DNA of 64,000 nucleotides from the NCBI GenBank assembly GCA_964016885.1, contig OZ024743.1:238328001-238392000 (forward strand). Reading direction: 5' to 3'. This DNA comes from Eledone cirrhosa (lineage: Eukaryota). Of this stretch, positions 58,981-64,000 are shown one piece after another; position 1 is the stretch's first letter; the number at the start of each line of letters is the position of its first letter. The notes under the pieces were generated by a model that made no database searches, had not been told where the DNA came from, and saw only the letters and a list, made by a program, of their open reading frames with translations. A program made the translations under genes and the position numbers.

Positions 58981-59327
58981 GATAATAAGGGCGCTGCGGA
59001 GTTGCAAATGGGTTACATATGAAAAAAGTTTGTCCTTCATCAGTGATCTTCCAACCATCATAGGCATTTCATCGCTTTAAAGACCATATACCTCAGGTTG
59101 GTGCGAGCAACGGCTAAAAAAGTCGTTGGGACACGTAAATAAAGGGGACGCGAGGGTAAACAATCAAAATGGTGAAGCAACAGAGTTTTGTTTGTTTACC
59201 CTCGCGTCCCCTTTATTTACGTGTCCCAACGACGTTTTTTAGCCGTTGCTCGCACCAACCGGAGGTATATGGTCTTTAAAGCGATGAAATGCCTATGATG
59301 GTTGGAAGATCACTGATGAAGGACAAA

Positions 59328-59334
<7 letters not shown>
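58981..59334. mobile_element. Fold-back family B
   Basis: Tail 58981-59021, arms 59022-59163 and 59191-59334, in (TA)n. Confidence 0.85.
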
Positions 59335-59389
<55 letters not shown>

Positions 59390-59392
<3 letters not shown>

Positions 59393-59815
59393 TAAGACAG
59401 GGGGGAAGAAAAAATGGCTTCACTTGTGCTTTCAACAAATTTATTATCTTCACAAAATCCCAAAAGAATTTTTTTCCGGATTATAAAAAAAAATGTTTTT
59501 CTTGCGCTGAGGTGCGCTTGTCAGACATTGGTTTGACAAGCGCACCTCAGCGTGAAAGGTCGTTCTAAAAACGAAACAATACCTCCTACGTTACCCAAGA
59601 ACTCCTAAGACCTAACCAACAACCAACAACTTAATTTATAAAATAATTTTTTTTAAGGAAAAAAAAAAAAAAAAAAAAATTTTCTAATCCGGAAAAAAAT
59701 TCTTTTGGGATTTTGTGAAGAAAATAAATTTGTTGAAAGCACAAGTGAAGCCATTTTTTTCTTCCCTCCTGTCTTAATATACCTAACTGTACCAAGGATT
59801 ACACACATTTTCAAA
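59390..59815. mobile_element. Fold-back family O with internal short palindrome
   Basis: Arms about 59390-59490 and 59676-59779, tail to about 59815; inner hairpin 59505-59552. Confidence 0.78.
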
Positions 59816-59837
59816 TATATATACATATATATATATG

Positions 59838-59952
<115 letters not shown>

Positions 59953-59971
59953 ATATATATATATATATAAA

Positions 59972-60031
<60 letters not shown>

Positions 60032-60035
<4 letters not shown>

Positions 60036-60528
60036 TAAACGGAATAGAAAATGCTGACAAATTGTTCACAGTTGAAAAATGGTTTAATTAGGAATAAAAG
60101 AGTATTAGTGATTGTATGGGTTAGTATTCAGTTGTGGTTTTAAGTTTTTAAGTTTTTACCGGTTGCGCATTTCTAAATGCTTTTCAAAAATAATTTTGAG
60201 ATAGAGTGTCCGTGCTGTTTGCTCTGATCTGATTAGTTTTGGGAATTCTACCTGTTTTTATGTTAAAAAAGTGGCTCCAGCGTTATTTTTGTGTTGCAAA
60301 AATGCTTGTGGTCAAAACAATTTTGATTGGTCGGTAGAGGTCATGTGAATGTAAAAAGTTGATTTTGCGCCAAGACTGTTTTTATGTTAAAATGTTAAAA
60401 AAGTGGCTCCAGCAAAAATTCTTGGTCAAAACAATTTTGATTGGTCGGTAGAGGTCATATGGATAAAAAATTGGTTTTGCGCCAAGATTGAGAAATGACT
60501 CTTTCACAACAAATATGTGTGTGTGTGT

Positions 60529-60596
<68 letters not shown>

Positions 60597-60698
60597 GTAT
60601 ATGTGTGTGTGTGTGTGTGTGTAGTAGTAGTAGTAGTAAGGTGTTCGATGCTGCGACAATGGCCAGCAGCGATGTGTGTCAAATGGCTATTAAGATAA

Positions 60699-60729
<31 letters not shown>

Positions 60730-60847
60730 GCAGAGTCATTCGAAGGTCAAAAGATATTTTTCAGCTTTTGTCTTATACGGAGAAGTGCGCGCGTGTGTGT
60801 GTGTGTATAAGTCTCTTTGTATGTTGATGTACGCGTGTGTATGTGTT

Positions 60848-60886
<39 letters not shown>

Positions 60887-61045
60887 ACCAGTATTTTTTT
60901 CCCCCTGGTAAAATGGTGTACATTATTCGATTTTTTCAGTAAAATCGGTTCTCTTAATAGAACATCAAAAATCTTAACAATAAAAGGTGTGAAATGATAT
61001 TCACCATATATATATATATATATAAACACACACACATATATTCAC
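60032..61045. mobile_element. Second copy of the family D element (lacks the right inverted arm)
   Basis: Near-identical to 16861-17941 apart from microsatellite lengths and small indels. Confidence 0.88.
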
Positions 61046-61219
61046 TACATATATATATATATATACATATATACATACATATATATGCACACATATTTTT
61101 TTGTATTGCACCATAGAGCATGTGTTTTTACGTGTGTCATTGTGTTTATATGTGGGTAGAGATGTGTGCTGATGTAGGTATGTATGTTGACGTGTGTATG
61201 TTGTGGGTTCGTCTTAGGG

Positions 61220-63400
61220 AGAAGTGTTTAGTCGGGGTCCGTATTTGTTAATGAAGTAAGATTCCTTGCTGATGCGCTGGGTGTGGGTGGCATTATCTTT
61301 AAATTTGTAGAGGGGAAAGATTCTGAAGTTGGGATGATTTGGGGCGGCACAGGTATCAATGTGTTCACTCAGTGGTATTTTCCGATGCACATGTGAAATT
61401 GTGTTTTACTATAAAACGTTGTCCATCTTTGAAATAGAATTCCGAACCCTCTATTAGGTTGATGCAAATGCCACAGTTGGGTCTATCGCATTTTTTTACT
61501 GTGGGTTTCGTTGTTGTGGTTGGCAGTACTTTGGCATGGGTTAAGATGTTTTTCATTGACTTGGATTGTCTTTTGCTCTTTATGATATCGTGTGTTCGTA
61601 GAATTTGATTCATTCTATGGTCCTTTTTCAATACAGGGATGTTCTGGAGGATGGTGTCAAAGGCCTTATTGTTGAGGGGGTTGTGTGTGGAGATGTATGG
61701 AAGAGCTTTTAGTTTTGGTTGATTTACTTTAAGGTGTCTAAGGTCCTGGGTACTAAGTTTTAGGGCACGTTGGATTCCATTGTCAATTAGTGATGCAGGG
61801 CAGTCCCTGCCTATGAGTGTGTCCTTTAGTTCTTGTAGCCGTAAGTAGCAGATGTTTTTATTGGAGACTATAGTACAGATTCTCTTGGCTAAGTTGTAGG
61901 GAATATTAATTTTAACGTGTCTAGGGTGGCAAGAGTTGAAGGGGAGGTATTGCTTGGAGTCTGTGGGCTTGTAGTATATGTCTGTTTCTATTTTTTTGTT
62001 ATGGATCTTAATGAGGATCTCGAGGAAGGGGAGTTGTTGATGGCTATATTCCATCGTGAAGTTAATATTTGTGTTGAGCCCATTTATAAGGGTGTGAAAT
62101 TCTTTAAGTTTTTCGATGTTTTCGTGCCAAAGGATGAAGCAGTCATCTAGATATCGCTTCCAGTTCCTTTCAATGTGTAAGTGGAGGGTGTTTCCAAATT
62201 TGTTTAGGACTTTAGTGTAGAGGGTGATTTCCAGGTATCCCATGACTAGGTTGGCATAAGTAGGGGCTGTTTTCGTTCCCATAGCGGTCCCAGATTTCTG
62301 CCTGTAGGGTTTGTTATTGAAAACGAAGTAATTGTTCTCCAAGATAAATTTGAGTCCCTCTATCACGAATTCTTTTTTGATGCGTTGTGGGAGTTCATTG
62401 TGGAAATTATCCAGCCAGAATTGGATAGCTTCTATTCCTAGGTTGTGGGGGATGTTGGAGTATAGGTTGACTACATCGAACGTCACTAGTAGGGTTTGTT
62501 CAGAAAGTGGCATATTAGGGAGGTGATTGAGCATATCTAGGTCGTCCCTTATATAGCTTTTGATGTGCTTGAGGAAGGGTTTGAGAAGGGTATCAATGCA
62601 GTTGCTAAGACGGTGCGTTTCGCAAGCGGAGCCTGCTATTATAGGTCTTAATTTGAGATCATTGGGTGAGCGGACATTGATGACTATGTCTGTGGCTTCC
62701 TTGCATGCCTTACTGATTGATTCGCTTTTATGTACTTTAGGGATACCGTAGAAAAGGCTGGATTTACTTGTGAAGTCTGTGATGAAGCTGAATTCCTTGT
62801 TAGTGAGTCCTTCTTTGTATTGGTTGATTAGAGTTTTTAGGTTTCTCATAATTTTCTGTTGATTGTAGTGTTCAGCCTTTTCGTAGTATGTTTCGTTTTC
62901 CAAAGTGGAGAGCGCTAAGTTGATATAGAATTCTGTCTCCATTAGGACTACTGTACTCCCTTTATCAGCCTCTTTAATTGTAATGGTTCTGTCGGTTTTT
63001 AATCTATTTAATTCTTCCCATTCTTTCTTGTTGAGGTTTGGCTTGTGTTTTTGTCTGTGCAAGTGTTGGTAAGGGAAGTTTGTGATGTGTTCACAGAATT
63101 CGTCCAGAATTTTATTTCTACCTTTTGAAGGGGTGTAATTGCTTCTATTTCTGGCTAATGATTCATCCTCATTGTACTGGTCGAATAGTTGTTCATTAAG
63201 TCGTAACTTTCTACAGAAGTCTGTGATGTCTTCCTTCATTTCATAGTAGTTAGGACGTAGTGGGGTCGGTGTGAATTTAAGACCTTTGGAGAGTAAGTTG
63301 ATAAGGTTGGGTGTTGGTTCTGCACTAGTAAGATTGATAATTTTTATTACTATCGGTTTCTCCTCCCTGTCTTGTGTTATTTTGTTTGCCTGTATCTGTG
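61220..63400 (-). pseudogene. Penelope-like element ORF (Neptune-like) with RT frame open and GIY-YIG core deleted
   Basis: INLT..LLSKGLKFTPTP upstream of the track start; ADKGS, FYGIPKVHK, LRPII, FDVVNLYSNI, GTAMGT, RYLDD and CDRPNCGIC motifs; jumps from FTCASEN to EHIDTC..ESYFINKYGPRLN at about 61375. Confidence 0.9.
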
Positions 63401-63736
63401 TGCTGTGTCTAAAAAATGGTTGGGGTAGAGGGGTTGTCTGCTGATGTTAAGTGGTCTCCTGTGTTTGTTATATTCCTTGTTGTTGTAAAATGTGGTTCGG
63501 GTTGGTGGTTGTAGATTGAATGGGGTGTTCCTGTACTGCGAGTATGGGTGTGTGTTTCTATGTGCCATGTTGTATTGTGGTGTTATAAGTGGCCTACGTT
63601 GCTGGTTGTATCATGTGGTGTGGGTTTGTTGTGTATTGTGGAAGTGAGAGTTGAGAAAATGGTAATTACCTTGCTGTCCCCTTGAAGCGGGGAAGTTGTT
63701 GCATCTATCATGGCGGTGGTATCTTTTCCCTATGTT

Positions 63737-64000
63737 TGGATAGTGTAGTTTTAAATCAACATATCTGTTGATTTAAAACTACACTATCCACAAGTGTTTT
63801 TTAACCTTCATATCATGTCTTCCTGTTTTATCTGATGAAAACACAAATATTATTGCATGATGATATTTGTTTTTGAAATGCGCATAATAAAATACATGGA
63901 ACTCTTTTAACCATCTTTTGTTCTTATATATTATGTATACTCCAGTCCTACAAACTGTAGAGTGCTTCTTATCCGATATCTGCATTGCTTTATTGTACTA
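63737..64000. mobile_element. Fold-back family C (25-bp short arm), runs off the window
   Basis: TGGATAGTGTAGTTTTAAATCAACA / TGTTGATTTAAAACTACACTATCCA followed by the full sense arm. Confidence 0.85.
63826..63892 (+). ncRNA. Minimal hammerhead (family C)
   Basis: UUUUAU CUGAUGA..GAAA UGCGCA UA AUAAAA. Confidence 0.85.

Overview
Eukaryotic, repeat-saturated window with no supportable host gene. The SINE types and (TA)n/(CA)n/(ACC)n density suggest a cephalopod such as Octopus (inference). 1.3-13.6 kb holds three diverged Tx1-clade (L1 superfamily) non-LTR retrotransposons stacked head-to-tail in a (TCTA)n microsatellite. The rest is a (TA)n-rich mosaic: two CR1-group LINEs, RTE and CRE-like fragments, an internally deleted Helitron, tRNA-derived SINEs and two Penelope-like element (PLE) ORF remnants (Naiad-like and Neptune-like). 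The main unexplained signal is over a dozen short, ORF-less fold-back elements from about ten unrelated sequence families. They share one architecture: head-to-head inverted arms plus one unpaired 3' tail, set in (TA)n. Many carry readable hammerhead ribozyme (HHR) motifs, including minimal forms with a palindromic helix III, U3-A8 core variants and a recurrent GCAA variant. All structures were folded by eye and none were computed. Most ORFs in the track (poly-YI, poly-V, poly-T etc.) are microsatellite artefacts.
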